Below are positions 9,733-18,900 of a stretch of 64,000 nucleotides of DNA, piece by piece (positions within the stretch are counted from its first letter, which is position 1; each line of letters opens with the position of its first letter). Source of the stretch: Candidatus Hydrogenedentota bacterium (GTDB lineage: Bacteria > Hydrogenedentota > Hydrogenedentia > Hydrogenedentales > SLHB01); assembly GCA_045863335.1 (NCBI GenBank), contig BTVY01000007.1:105932-169931 (forward strand), given 5' to 3'. Under the pieces are notes generated by a model that worked only from the letters and a program-made list of their open reading frames with translations, did not search any database and was not told the origin of the DNA. Made by a program: the position numbers and the translations under genes.

Positions 9733-9873
9733 GAACCTCGTTTCGTCAGGACATGAATGAGCCTGCAAGGCTCGCAAGGTCGCTGATGGCGATTCTCAAC
9801 CGGTTAGACTTTTTCGATGCGTTTAACAACAGCTCCCCGTCCGGTGCGGGGGCCTATTATTCAGGAGGTGAAT

Positions 9874-10086
9874 ATGTTGAAGAAAATGGTGTTGGGGCTG
9901 TGTTCGGTATTGTTGGTGTTCGGCGCTGCCGGTTGTGGCGGCTCGGAGGGTGAAGCTGGCCGTACAAACGCGCTCGAGGAAGCCGACAGCCGGCCGGGTC
10001 GCGGCCTGAGCAGGGGCGAGCGCGAGCAGCTCGAAGAAGCGCGGCAGGAAGCGCAGCAGGCGCAGGAAGCCGGCGCAACCGAGTAA
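9874..10086 (+). CDS. Small lipoprotein (70 aa)
   Basis: Strong RBS AGGAGGTG. MLKKMVLGLCSVLLVFGAAGC is a signal peptide with a lipobox (AAG|C). Confidence 0.8.
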   Translation: MLKKMVLGLCSVLLVFGAAGCGGSEGEAGRTNALEEADSRPGRGLSRGEREQLEEARQEAQQAQEAGATE

Positions 10087-10230
10087 GCGTTACCCAGGCA
10101 TGGCAGATTCATCGCCGTGCCTGATCGGCCGTCGCGCGGCGCGTTCTGGTGCCGAACTACGAAATGTATTTGGTAATCCCCGGACTCATATGACGGCCAC
10201 GGGTGCGTCTCGCGTCCGGCACGAGTGAAC

Positions 10231-10275
10231 GCAGGGGGTTCGTCTGGTGCAACCCAGGGAGCCCCCTGTGCTTTT
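10231..10275 (+). terminator. Probable intrinsic terminator
   Basis: GCAGGGGGTTC...GAGCCCCCTGT stem followed by GCTTTT, downstream of the lipoprotein gene. Confidence 0.5.
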
Positions 10276-10651
10276 ATGCCCTATCCCCTGCACTCCGTCT
10301 GCCAAGTCCTTGCACCGATATTGGGAAGGCACCCACCCGTCTTGAATCCGGATTCCTCATCGTCTCATGGCACGCGGGGACATGTCGAACCATGTTAGTG
10401 CTGTGAGAAACGCGCGTTAAGTACCTCATCGAGGCAAGGTGAATCGCAGTTCTTCTTGCCGAAGAATCACAGCGGAACGACAGGGAGACCGGACTGCCTT
10501 CCCCGTCCACGGGAGGGGTGACGTCAACGAAATCCTCGACAAGGCGATTTCGGAACGACGCCAAAGACTTTCCAGATGGTAGCACCCGTGGGGAAGTGGC
10601 CAAGCTTACGTTCACGCAATCATTTCGAAAGCTGGCGCCGCGACGCGCCTT

Positions 10652-10689
10652 ACAAAAAGAATCTGGGGCTCTCTTTCGAGAGCCCCAGA
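10652..10689 (-). terminator. Intrinsic terminator of the DUF1559 gene
   Basis: Perfect 12-bp stem TCTGGGGCTCTC/GAGAGCCCCAGA, GAAA loop on the minus strand, then TTCTTTTTG. Confidence 0.85.
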
Positions 10690-10763
10690 GATCTTCAGTT
10701 CACCTTGAATCCGTTACGTGCGGGCACTTGCGAGAAGTCCGCGCATCGCACGAACCACTCGGT

Positions 10764-11783
10764 TTACCACGAGGAGTTGTTCATATTCTCGGGCGTAAGG
10801 AACCAGGTCCGCGTGGCCAGTTCACCCGGGTACCGGATGAATTCGACGTGGCCGTCCATGAACAGGACGTTCACACCACCCGGAATGTGGTTGAACTCGT
10901 ACGCTTCATCGGTCGCGCCCGTCACGGGATCGTAACCATCGACGAATGCTTCGTCACGCAGCAACAGAATGTCGGACTGGGCTTTCGCCGAGCCGGCAGG
11001 ATTGTTGATGTCGGTGATCATGAAGCGCTCGACGCCTTCACGCATGTTGAAGAGCGTCCATTCACCGGTCGACGTGACTACTTCTTCGATGTCGTCGCCA
11101 CCATCTTCGTGGGTGCGATCGTAGAACGCATCCGAAAGGATCGCGAGGTCATCAAACGCATCGACTTTGTCCGTCGACATGGCCGTCGGCGGAACTACGA
11201 CACCGGTGTAGCAGTAGGTGTCATAGAAGAAGCTGGGGGCGCACACGCCGGCGGCCAGCGCTTCACCACCAGGGGCGCAGCTCTGATCCGGCTTAGCTTG
11301 ACCGTCGGAACCAACCACGTCGTCCTGAGCGTTACCACCCGACTCAGCGCCGAGGACATCGAACATGCGCTGACCAAGGGACTTCAGGCGGAAATGGTTG
11401 CTGTTACGCCACGTGGAGTGAACGCCGCGCATTTCGACGTAGTCGTAGCTCTGACCTTCACCCGGAGGAGTGGAGGGGCAGTCATGCAGATTGTAGTCGG
11501 TGTTGTATTCCGGATAGATTTCGACCCAGCTGATGTTGCTCCACCAGCGGACGTCCGTATACGGACGACGATAGTCCTGATACGGCTGCGGGTATTTCTC
11601 GCCAGTGCTCTCGTTGGCGAACATCTTGATGACCAGACCCAACTGCTTCAGGTTGTTCTGGCAGCTCGCACGACGGGCGGCCTCACGGGCGCGCGCCAGT
11701 GCCGGCAACAAGATCGCCGCAAGAATACCGATGATCGCGATCACGACCAGCAGCTCGATAAGCGTAAAGCCTTTTTTCTTCAT
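10764..11783 (-). CDS. Prepilin-type N-terminal methylation / DUF1559 protein with C-terminal H-X9-DG motif
   Basis: [41 protein letters not shown], and C-terminal [18 protein letters not shown]. Confidence 0.95.
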   Translation of the reverse strand: MKKKGFTLIELLVVIAIIGILAAILLPALARAREAARRASCQNNLKQLGLVIKMFANESTGEKYPQPYQDYRRPYTDVRWWSNISWVEIYPEYNTDYNLHDCPSTPPGEGQSYDYVEMRGVHSTWRNSNHFRLKSLGQRMFDVLGAESGGNAQDDVVGSDGQAKPDQSCAPGGEALAAGVCAPSFFYDTYCYTGVVVPPTAMSTDKVDAFDDLAILSDAFYDRTHEDGGDDIEEVVTSTGEWTLFNMREGVERFMITDINNPAGSAKAQSDILLLRDEAFVDGYDPVTGATDEAYEFNHIPGGVNVLFMDGHVEFIRYPGELATRTWFLTPENMNNSSW

Positions 11784-12072
11784 GAGAGAAGTTCTCCTGA
11801 GTTACTTAGAGTATTGGCTATGAAGCACAATAATGCCGTTTGTTTGGAAAAAACAATTCCGAGGGATACGATTCTGACTGATTGGAAAAGGAAATCACCG
11901 AAGCTCGTTTACCCCGATATATCCCTTTCCCTTGCAACACCTCCTTCCCTGACACAAGTGGCAAGTTTGCACGAGGAAAGCGTCGGATTACACCGAATGA
12001 CGGAATGCACCTCGCGCCATTTGCGTCACTGTTCAGCCCTTAACAGAAGGATTATAACTCCGTCGTGCTTTT

Positions 12073-12101
12073 ACTCTAGGGTATGGGAGTCGGATTGTCA
12101 A
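12073..12101 (-). promoter_or_regulatory. Sigma70-type promoter of the DUF1559 gene
   Basis: Minus strand TTGACA (12101-12096), 17 nt, TAGAGT (12078-12073). A second TATAAT lies at 12056-12051. Confidence 0.55.
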
Positions 12102-12280
12102 GTCCTTTTTTTGCCCTCTCATGCTCCGTTTTGGTTATTTCACCGCCGCGATCCTTGACCCGCAATGGGGGATATCCGTATATATGAACGGATTGGCTGA
12201 ACCCATCATCTCCGCGACTGTGCGTCTTGCGGGTGCTGCGTGGCGGGCCAGCAACGGCCAACGGAACTAGCAATACAACA

Positions 12281-14176
12281 ATGAGTTACGTACGGATTGA
12301 TAGCGTCTCCAAATCCTTCGCGGGCGAATGCGTGCTGCGAGAGGTCAATTTCCGCGTCGAAGAGGGCGACAAGATCGGGCTTATCGGCCGCAATGGCACG
12401 GGAAAGAGTACCCTTTTCCGGCTTATCCTCGGTGAGTTTGAGCCGGATTCAGGCACGATCGAACGCATGAAGCGGGCGCGCGTCGCCTGTCTCGCCCAGT
12501 TGCCGGTCTTGAACCCGGGCGACACGCTATTTGACGTGGTCATGCACTCCTTTCGCGAGCTGCTTGACCTGGAGCATCAACTGCGCGCCATGGAAGACCG
12601 GCTAGCCCAGGGCGACAACGGTGTGATGGACAGGTACAGCGCCTTGCAAGAGACCTTCCAGGTGCGGGGCGGCTATGAGTTCCGCACGAATGCGAAGCGG
12701 GTGCTGCACGGACTCGGATTCACCATCGAGGATTTCGATCTTCACGTGTCTGCGTTGAGCGGGGGCCAGCGCACGCGACTCATGCTGGCCCTGGTGCTGT
12801 TGCAGGACGCGGACCTCCTCCTTCTCGACGAACCGGAGAACCACTTGGATCTCGAAGCACGGGAGTGGCTCGAGTCGTTCCTGAAGGATTGGCCGCGGGC
12901 CTTTGCAATCATCTCGCACGACCGCCAGATGCTGAACGCCGTCACCAACCGCATCGTGGAAATCGAACGCGGCGAACTGCGGGGGTTCACGGGCAATTAC
13001 GACGCCTACATGGCGAACAAGGCGTTGGTACAGGAGCAGCAGCAGAAAGCCTTCGAGCGGCAGCAGGAGTTCGTCGAGAAGGAAGAGCGCTGGATCAACC
13101 GGTTCCGCTACAAGGCATCCAAGGCGTCGCAGGTCCAAAGCCGGATTAAGCGCCTCGACAAGCTGGCACGGGTTGATGCGCCGGACAGCGAGGTCTCATC
13201 CGCGCGGTTCTCCCTCGGCGAGGTGGTGCGGAGCGGTGCGGTCGTATTGGAGGCGAAGGGACTGTCCAAGGCCTACGGCGACCTGCGGCTGTACGAGAAC
13301 GTGGCGTTTCAGGTTGAGCGCGGCGAACGGGTAGGCATCATCGGCCCCAACGGAGCGGGCAAGACCACATTGTTGCGGCATATCGCGGGCGAACTGGACG
13401 CGTGCGCGGGAGCGGTGACGCTGGGGCACAAGGTGCGGCTGGGGTTCTACGATCAGCATCACGAAGGCATGAACCCCGCTGGCGACATCTTCAGCGAGAT
13501 CGGCCAGGTCCGGACGGACATGACGCCGGAGAAGGTCCGCACCTTTCTCGGCCGCTTTCTGTTCACGGGCGAAGACGTGTTCAAACCCATCGCGGCCTTG
13601 AGCGGCGGCGAACGCAGCCGGGTGGCCATCGCCAAGTTGATCCTGGAAGGGGCGAATGTGCTGCTGCTCGACGAGCCAACGAACCATCTGGACATCGCGT
13701 CGCGTGAGGCATTGGAATCGGCCCTGGAGGAGTTCCCGGGCAGCATCCTGATGGTGTCCCATGACCGGGCCCTCATCGACCGGCTCGTAACGAAGCTGGT
13801 TATCCTGGAGCATGGGCATACCCGCGTGCATCTGGGCAATTACTCCCACTACAAGTGGAAGCGCGCGGAAACTGAGTCGACCGCGGAACGCAAATCGACC
13901 GGCGAAGTGTTAAAAATCCGGCGCGGCAAGAAACCGCCGCGGGACAAGGCCGCCCAAAAGGAACGGCGCAAGCAACGGAACCAGCTCGAAGATATCGAAC
14001 GGGACATCGCGGAAATCGAAGAGATGATTACCGCCATCGAAGGCCGTTTCCCAACGCTGGACCCCGCCGACTTCCAAGCGCTCCAGGATCTCACCGCCGA
14101 ATACGAGGGCCTGAAGAAAGACCTGGGCGATATGTACCAGGAATGGGAACGCCTCGCGGGGGAGTTGGCGGAGTAG
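12281..14176 (+). CDS. ABC-F family ATPase
   Basis: Two nucleotide-binding domains (GRNGTGKS/LSGGQ/LLDEPENHLD and GPNGAGKT/LSGGE/LLDEPTNHLD), linker, C-terminal coiled coil, no membrane segments. Confidence 0.95.
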   Translation: MSYVRIDSVSKSFAGECVLREVNFRVEEGDKIGLIGRNGTGKSTLFRLILGEFEPDSGTIERMKRARVACLAQLPVLNPGDTLFDVVMHSFRELLDLEHQLRAMEDRLAQGDNGVMDRYSALQETFQVRGGYEFRTNAKRVLHGLGFTIEDFDLHVSALSGGQRTRLMLALVLLQDADLLLLDEPENHLDLEAREWLESFLKDWPRAFAIISHDRQMLNAVTNRIVEIERGELRGFTGNYDAYMANKALVQEQQQKAFERQQEFVEKEERWINRFRYKASKASQVQSRIKRLDKLARVDAPDSEVSSARFSLGEVVRSGAVVLEAKGLSKAYGDLRLYENVAFQVERGERVGIIGPNGAGKTTLLRHIAGELDACAGAVTLGHKVRLGFYDQHHEGMNPAGDIFSEIGQVRTDMTPEKVRTFLGRFLFTGEDVFKPIAALSGGERSRVAIAKLILEGANVLLLDEPTNHLDIASREALESALEEFPGSILMVSHDRALIDRLVTKLVILEHGHTRVHLGNYSHYKWKRAETESTAERKSTGEVLKIRRGKKPPRDKAAQKERRKQRNQLEDIERDIAEIEEMITAIEGRFPTLDPADFQALQDLTAEYEGLKKDLGDMYQEWERLAGELAE

Positions 14177-14193
14177 ATTTCGTGGCATGAGCT

Positions 14194-14315
14194 ATGGACG
14201 GCATGGACCGTCTGGACGCTATGGACGAAACAGATGCGGGTTCGCGGAACCGCGGTCGTATGTGAATCCATAGAACGTTCGAGTCTGACGGGTCCTTATC
14301 GTCCATAATGTCCAT
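14194..14315. repeat. Inverted 9-nt-period array (ATGGACNNN)4 ... (GTCCATNNN)3
   Basis: ATGGAC or CTGGAC at 14194, 14203, 14212, 14221; GTCCTT or GTCCAT at 14292, 14301, 14310. Confidence 0.8.
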
Positions 14316-14389
14316 CCCCCCGAAGTAAATGCGAAGAACCATGCATACCCGCGATAAGAGTATAATCGTTTGTCCCCCAACGTTCCGGA

Positions 14390-15787
14390 GTGCCTGAATT
14401 GAATATCCCGATCCTATCCGGGTTGCGCGAGTTGGACCGCGCGCCGCGCCAGTTCTTGTATTTCATCGTGTTCAACGTGGTTTCCTGGCAATGCATCGTC
14501 GGGAACGCGCTGGTGCTGTTTGCCCGGAGCCTGGATATCCCCGCGTCTTGGGTGGGGTTTCTTATCGCCTTCATGCCCCTGTCCATGTTGCTGGTGTTGG
14601 TCACCGTTCCGCTGGTCACCTACCTGGGACCGCGCCGGCTCATGTCGACGGCGTGGGGTTCGCGTTGCGTGGTCATCTGCGCGGTGTTCCTGATTCCCTT
14701 TGTGATGGACCGCTACGGGCTGAAACCGGCGCAGTACGTGCTCATGGGCGCGACGCTGGGGTTCTGTCTGTTGCGGGCTATGGGCGGGGGCGGCTGGTTT
14801 CCATGGCTCCATGAGGTGGTGCCGGAACACCAGCGAGGCACCTACTTCAGCACGGAATCGGCCATCACGCAGCTCCTCTGGGTCGTGGTGGCCTCGGCGC
14901 AGGCATTCATCCTGCACGAGAACCCGGGCCTGTACCACTTCCTCGCCTTGTACGCCATCGGGATTGCCGCCGGGTTCATCAGCCTCATCTACATGGTTCG
15001 CGTACCGGGCGGCCGGGGTGTGACCGAACGAGTTTCCATGCACTCAAGCTTTGGAGCGTACCGGATTACCCTGTCTGACCGGCCTTTCCTCCAGTTCGTG
15101 GTCGTCGCGACGCTATGCTTTTCGTGCTTGACGTGGCTCTCCGCGGCGCTGGTTCTTTACATGCGCGACGCGCTCGGATACTCGCCGAGGGACATCATGT
15201 TGATTACGGCCGCCGGCGGCGCGGGTATCCTCGTCACGATCCGCCAGTGGGGCCGGTTCGCCGACCACTCGGGCAGCGGCCGCGCCATGTTCCTGAGTCT
15301 CGTGGGACACAGCGTCAGCGCGCTGGTTTTCCTCATGATCGTTCCCGGCGCCTGGTGGACGTGGTGGCTGCTCCCGCCGACGGTGGTCTTTTCGGGCGTG
15401 TTCGCGGCAGCCTATACCATGGCCGCCCACCGCGCCATGCTGAATTTCGTTCGCTCGCCCGGTCGCGTGGCCTACACCAATTTTTGGACCGTGGGGACGT
15501 CACTCGCCTTGGGCATCACACCGATTCTCGTGGGGTACTCGATCGATCATTGGGGACTCTGGGGATACCGCACCTGCTTCCTGGCCTGTGCCATTGGAGG
15601 AATCTGCTGCGCAGTGGCGAGCCGATTTGCCGTCCAGGACAGCACGCCGCTCGAACCTTCGCTGAGCCGGCTCGTCAATCCGGCCTTGCCAGTGCGCACG
15701 CTCGCACGCATTCTGTGGATCACACTGGGACTGCACGAAAGCGGACGGCGCACAGGGGCGGCGCTTCGTCCGTCAGACCGATCGTGA
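14390..15787 (+). CDS. MFS transporter
   Basis: About 12 hydrophobic segments; YLGPRRL and WGRFADHSGSGRA resemble MFS motif A. Confidence 0.8.
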   Translation: MPELNIPILSGLRELDRAPRQFLYFIVFNVVSWQCIVGNALVLFARSLDIPASWVGFLIAFMPLSMLLVLVTVPLVTYLGPRRLMSTAWGSRCVVICAVFLIPFVMDRYGLKPAQYVLMGATLGFCLLRAMGGGGWFPWLHEVVPEHQRGTYFSTESAITQLLWVVVASAQAFILHENPGLYHFLALYAIGIAAGFISLIYMVRVPGGRGVTERVSMHSSFGAYRITLSDRPFLQFVVVATLCFSCLTWLSAALVLYMRDALGYSPRDIMLITAAGGAGILVTIRQWGRFADHSGSGRAMFLSLVGHSVSALVFLMIVPGAWWTWWLLPPTVVFSGVFAAAYTMAAHRAMLNFVRSPGRVAYTNFWTVGTSLALGITPILVGYSIDHWGLWGYRTCFLACAIGGICCAVASRFAVQDSTPLEPSLSRLVNPALPVRTLARILWITLGLHESGRRTGAALRPSDRS

Positions 15788-15850
15788 TTTTCCCGATTCC
15801 TCGGCCGTGGTTCACGGCATAGCCTAGTCTTCGTTAATGCATTGTATTTA

Positions 15851-15904
15851 CTTCATTTATATTGTCAAGAATTTCTCCACAAATGAAGATACATATGATA
15901 TACT
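15851..15904 (+). promoter_or_regulatory. AT-rich promoter region of the 2-oxoacid oxidoreductase operon, with inverted repeat and extended -10
   Basis: CTTCATTT (15851-15858) / AAATGAAG (15881-15888); TG-A-TATACT at 15896-15904. Confidence 0.5.
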
Positions 15905-15950
15905 CGATTTAGTGCCGACGATTGTCACCGTATTCAGGGGGAATGAAGTA

Positions 15951-16271
15951 GTGACTTCGACACCGGGCTACCCGCGTACGCCTATGGACCGGGACACGGC
16001 GTACGTACCAAGGGGGCAAGTATTTGTGATCCCGGGACGCTGCAAGGGCTGCGGCTATTGTATCGAGTTCTGCCCGCAGCTCGTTCTTTCCACGTCCAGC
16101 GACATCAACGCGAAGGGTTACCACTACCCTATCGTCGCGGATGAAAAATCGGACGCATGCATCCACTGCGGCTTTTGCGATGTCGTCTGCCCCGAGTTCG
16201 CCATCTACACGGAAGAGATTGATGCGCCCGGATCTCAGGCGTTGGAGGCGCACGATGCCGGGAACCGTTAG
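15951..16271 (+). CDS. 2[4Fe-4S] ferredoxin, 2-oxoacid:acceptor oxidoreductase delta subunit
   Basis: CKGCGYCIEFCP and CIHCGFCDVVCPEFAI, plus NAKGYHYP. GTG start after AGGGGG; the ATG at 15984 is an alternative. Confidence 0.9.
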   Translation: MTSTPGYPRTPMDRDTAYVPRGQVFVIPGRCKGCGYCIEFCPQLVLSTSSDINAKGYHYPIVADEKSDACIHCGFCDVVCPEFAIYTEEIDAPGSQALEAHDAGNR

Positions 16272-17430
16272 CGCAACATCCAGCACTCCGCCCCGCGTCA
16301 TGACCGGCGAGCACTTCATGGTCGGCGACCACGCCTGCGCGGAAGGCGCCCTCGCGGCCGGTCTGGATTTCTTCGCGGGATACCCGATTACCCCATCCAC
16401 CGAGATCTGCGAACGGCTTGCCCACCGGCTGCCGCAGGTGGGCGGAACCTTCGTGCAGATGGAAGATGAACTGGGCAGCATCGCCGCCATTCTGGGCGCA
16501 TCCGCCGCTGGCGCGCGCACCTTGACCGCCACGTCCGGCCCGGGCTTCAGCCTCATGATGGAGAACATCGGCCTGGCGGCGATGATGGAGATTCCCTGCG
16601 TCATCGTGGACGTCATGCGCGGCTCGCCTTCTACCGGTCTGCCCACCTTGGTCGGGCAAGCTGACGTGTTCCAGGCGCGCTGGGGTTCTCATGGCGATTA
16701 CGGGATTGTTGCGTACTCGCCCTCCTCGCCGCAGGAGTGTTTCGATCTCACAATCCGCGCATTCAATGTGGCGGACCGATTGCGCATTCCCGTGTTCGTG
16801 TTGATGGACGAAGTCATCGGCCACATGACGGAGCGCGTCGTGATTCCGCCGGCGCATCAGATTCCCCGCGTGGATCGAAAGCGGCCGTCCCACGAACCCG
16901 GCGACGCGGTGTTCCTGCCGTTCAAGGCGGACGCCGATTTGATTCCCCCCATGGCCCACGCGGGCGAGGGGTACAACGTGCATTTCACGGGGCTGACCCA
17001 CGACGAACGGGGCTACCCCGCGTTGAACGCGCAGACTCACGAGCAATTGGTCACGCGGCTGGTCAACAAGGTGGCCGTTCACGCGCCCGAAGTTATCCTG
17101 ACCGAGGAAGTCGACCTCGACGACGCGGAAGTAGTGGTCGTCGCGTTCGGCTGCACGGCCCGCTCGGCACGCCGCGCGGTAGCGATGGCGCGTCAGCAGG
17201 GTGTCAAGGCGGGATTGCTCCGGCTGATTTCGTTGTGGCCCTTCCCCGAGGAGCGCGTTCGAGAATTGGGACGGCGGGATGCGGTGAAGCGATTTGTGGT
17301 GCCTGAAATCAACATGGGGCAGATGTGCCGCGAGGTGGAACGCCTTACCCATCTGCCCGTGCAGTCCATCAACCGGGCCGGCGGCGCCATGATCACGCCG
17401 CAGTCGATTCTGGAGGTGCTTGTGTCATGA
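16255..17430 (+). CDS. 2-oxoacid:ferredoxin oxidoreductase alpha subunit (KorA-like)
   Basis: FAGYPITPSTE, QMEDELGS, TATSGPGFSLMME, RGSPSTGLPT. ATG after GGAGG. Confidence 0.95.
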   Translation: MPGTVSATSSTPPRVMTGEHFMVGDHACAEGALAAGLDFFAGYPITPSTEICERLAHRLPQVGGTFVQMEDELGSIAAILGASAAGARTLTATSGPGFSLMMENIGLAAMMEIPCVIVDVMRGSPSTGLPTLVGQADVFQARWGSHGDYGIVAYSPSSPQECFDLTIRAFNVADRLRIPVFVLMDEVIGHMTERVVIPPAHQIPRVDRKRPSHEPGDAVFLPFKADADLIPPMAHAGEGYNVHFTGLTHDERGYPALNAQTHEQLVTRLVNKVAVHAPEVILTEEVDLDDAEVVVVAFGCTARSARRAVAMARQQGVKAGLLRLISLWPFPEERVRELGRRDAVKRFVVPEINMGQMCREVERLTHLPVQSINRAGGAMITPQSILEVLVS

Positions 17431-18347
17431 GCGTTCCGGCTCCAGCCGCTACCCAATTCGTTGAAGAGCACCCAATCGATACCCTCCTCCGCGCCGACCG
17501 CTTTCCTCATATTCTCTGCCCCGCCTGCGGCATTGGCTCCGTAATCCATTGCTACGTACAGGCCATTTCCGAATCGGGCATCGACAAGGCGCAGCACGTA
17601 TGCGTGTCGGGTATTGGGTGCAGTGGACGCGCGGCGGGCTACATCAACGTCGACAGCTACCATACCACACACGGGCGCGCGGTACCGTTTGCGCTGGGCA
17701 TTGCGGTGTACCGGCCGGAATTGTGCGTCACGGTGATCAGCGGCGACGGCGACCTGTCGTCCATCGGCGGCAACCATTTGATCCATGCCGCGCGCCGCAA
17801 TGTGAATCTGAACATCATCTGCATCAACAACTTTAACTACGGGATGACCGGCGGTCAGGCGGGGCCGACGACCCCGGTAAGCGCCAAGTCGTCCACAACG
17901 CCTTTCGGCAGTTGGGAGCGCCCGTTCAATCTCCCCCACCTCGCGCACGCCGTCGGCGCTTCCCTGGTGTCACGGTGGACGGTATTGCATGCGCGGCAAC
18001 TCAAGCAGACGATTCTCAAGGCCATGCATAAGCAGGGCTTTGCGTTTATCGAAGTCCTCTCGCCCTGCCCTACCGGTTTCGGCCGGCCGAACGATCGGGG
18101 CGATGGAATCGAAGACATGCGGCGGTACCGCCAGCGTTGCGTCATTGACGACGAGGCGTACCTTCCGGACATTGACATCGATATAACGGACGACACGAGC
18201 CCGATTGTGGTGGGGAACTTCGTCGACATCGACCGCCCCCCCTTCCAGCCGGTGCTCGGGGCGCCTCGTCGTGAAGTGGCAAAGGTATTGGCGGAAAACG
18301 CAAACCAACGGACGAGATCCCGGGAGTCGATTGGCCATGAGCACTGA
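17427..18347 (+). CDS. 2-oxoacid:ferredoxin oxidoreductase beta subunit (TPP-binding, KorB-like)
   Basis: CPACGIG, SGIGCS, HTTHGRA, GDGD...IGGNH, NNFNYGMTGGQ, SPCPT. ATGA overlap with the alpha gene. Confidence 0.95.
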   Translation: MSVPAPAATQFVEEHPIDTLLRADRFPHILCPACGIGSVIHCYVQAISESGIDKAQHVCVSGIGCSGRAAGYINVDSYHTTHGRAVPFALGIAVYRPELCVTVISGDGDLSSIGGNHLIHAARRNVNLNIICINNFNYGMTGGQAGPTTPVSAKSSTTPFGSWERPFNLPHLAHAVGASLVSRWTVLHARQLKQTILKAMHKQGFAFIEVLSPCPTGFGRPNDRGDGIEDMRRYRQRCVIDDEAYLPDIDIDITDDTSPIVVGNFVDIDRPPFQPVLGAPRREVAKVLAENANQRTRSRESIGHEH

Positions 18348-18900
18348 GACAACGCAGAACGGCCCTGTCCAAATCCGCATCGCCGGTTACGGTGGGCAGG
18401 GCGTCATTCTAACCGGCATGCTATTGGGTAAGGCCGCCAGTCTGTACGATGCGAAGGAAGCGGTGTTTACCCAATCCTACGGACCCGAGGCGCGGGGCGG
18501 CGCATCAAGCGCGGACGTGGTGATCTCGTCCGATCCTATTGACTATCCCCTGGTGACGGAGCCGGATATTCTCGTGACGCTATTTCAGGAGGCGTACAGC
18601 AAGTACCGGCCCAGCTTGAAACCCGGTGGCACGCTTATCGTGGAGAGCGATCTTGTGCATACCAACGGCGACGCCAATGTGGCGGGGCTTCCCGCGTCGC
18701 GCATGGCGGAGACGATCGGCCGCCGCATCGTCGCGAACGTCGTCGTATTTGGCTATCTCGTGGGCAAAACGGGCGTCGTCAGCAAAGAGGCCGCCATGAA
18801 AGCTATTGAAGCGACGGTCAAACCGAAGACTTATGAATTGAATCTGAAGGCGTTTACAGCGGGATACGCGCGGGCCACGGAGGAGTCGGGCCGTGAGTGA
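18337..18900 (+). CDS. 2-oxoacid:ferredoxin oxidoreductase gamma subunit (KorC-like)
   Basis: GYGGQGVILTG and QSYGPEARGG. Confidence 0.95.
   Translation: MSTETTQNGPVQIRIAGYGGQGVILTGMLLGKAASLYDAKEAVFTQSYGPEARGGASSADVVISSDPIDYPLVTEPDILVTLFQEAYSKYRPSLKPGGTLIVESDLVHTNGDANVAGLPASRMAETIGRRIVANVVVFGYLVGKTGVVSKEAAMKAIEATVKPKTYELNLKAFTAGYARATEESGRE

Noticed and set aside
12010-12050. c-di-GMP-I riboswitch suggested by TGACGCAAA on the minus strand
   Set aside because: The upstream GGCAAAC...GAAA stem and the downstream receptor stem are not present. Kept only as an unassigned structured leader.
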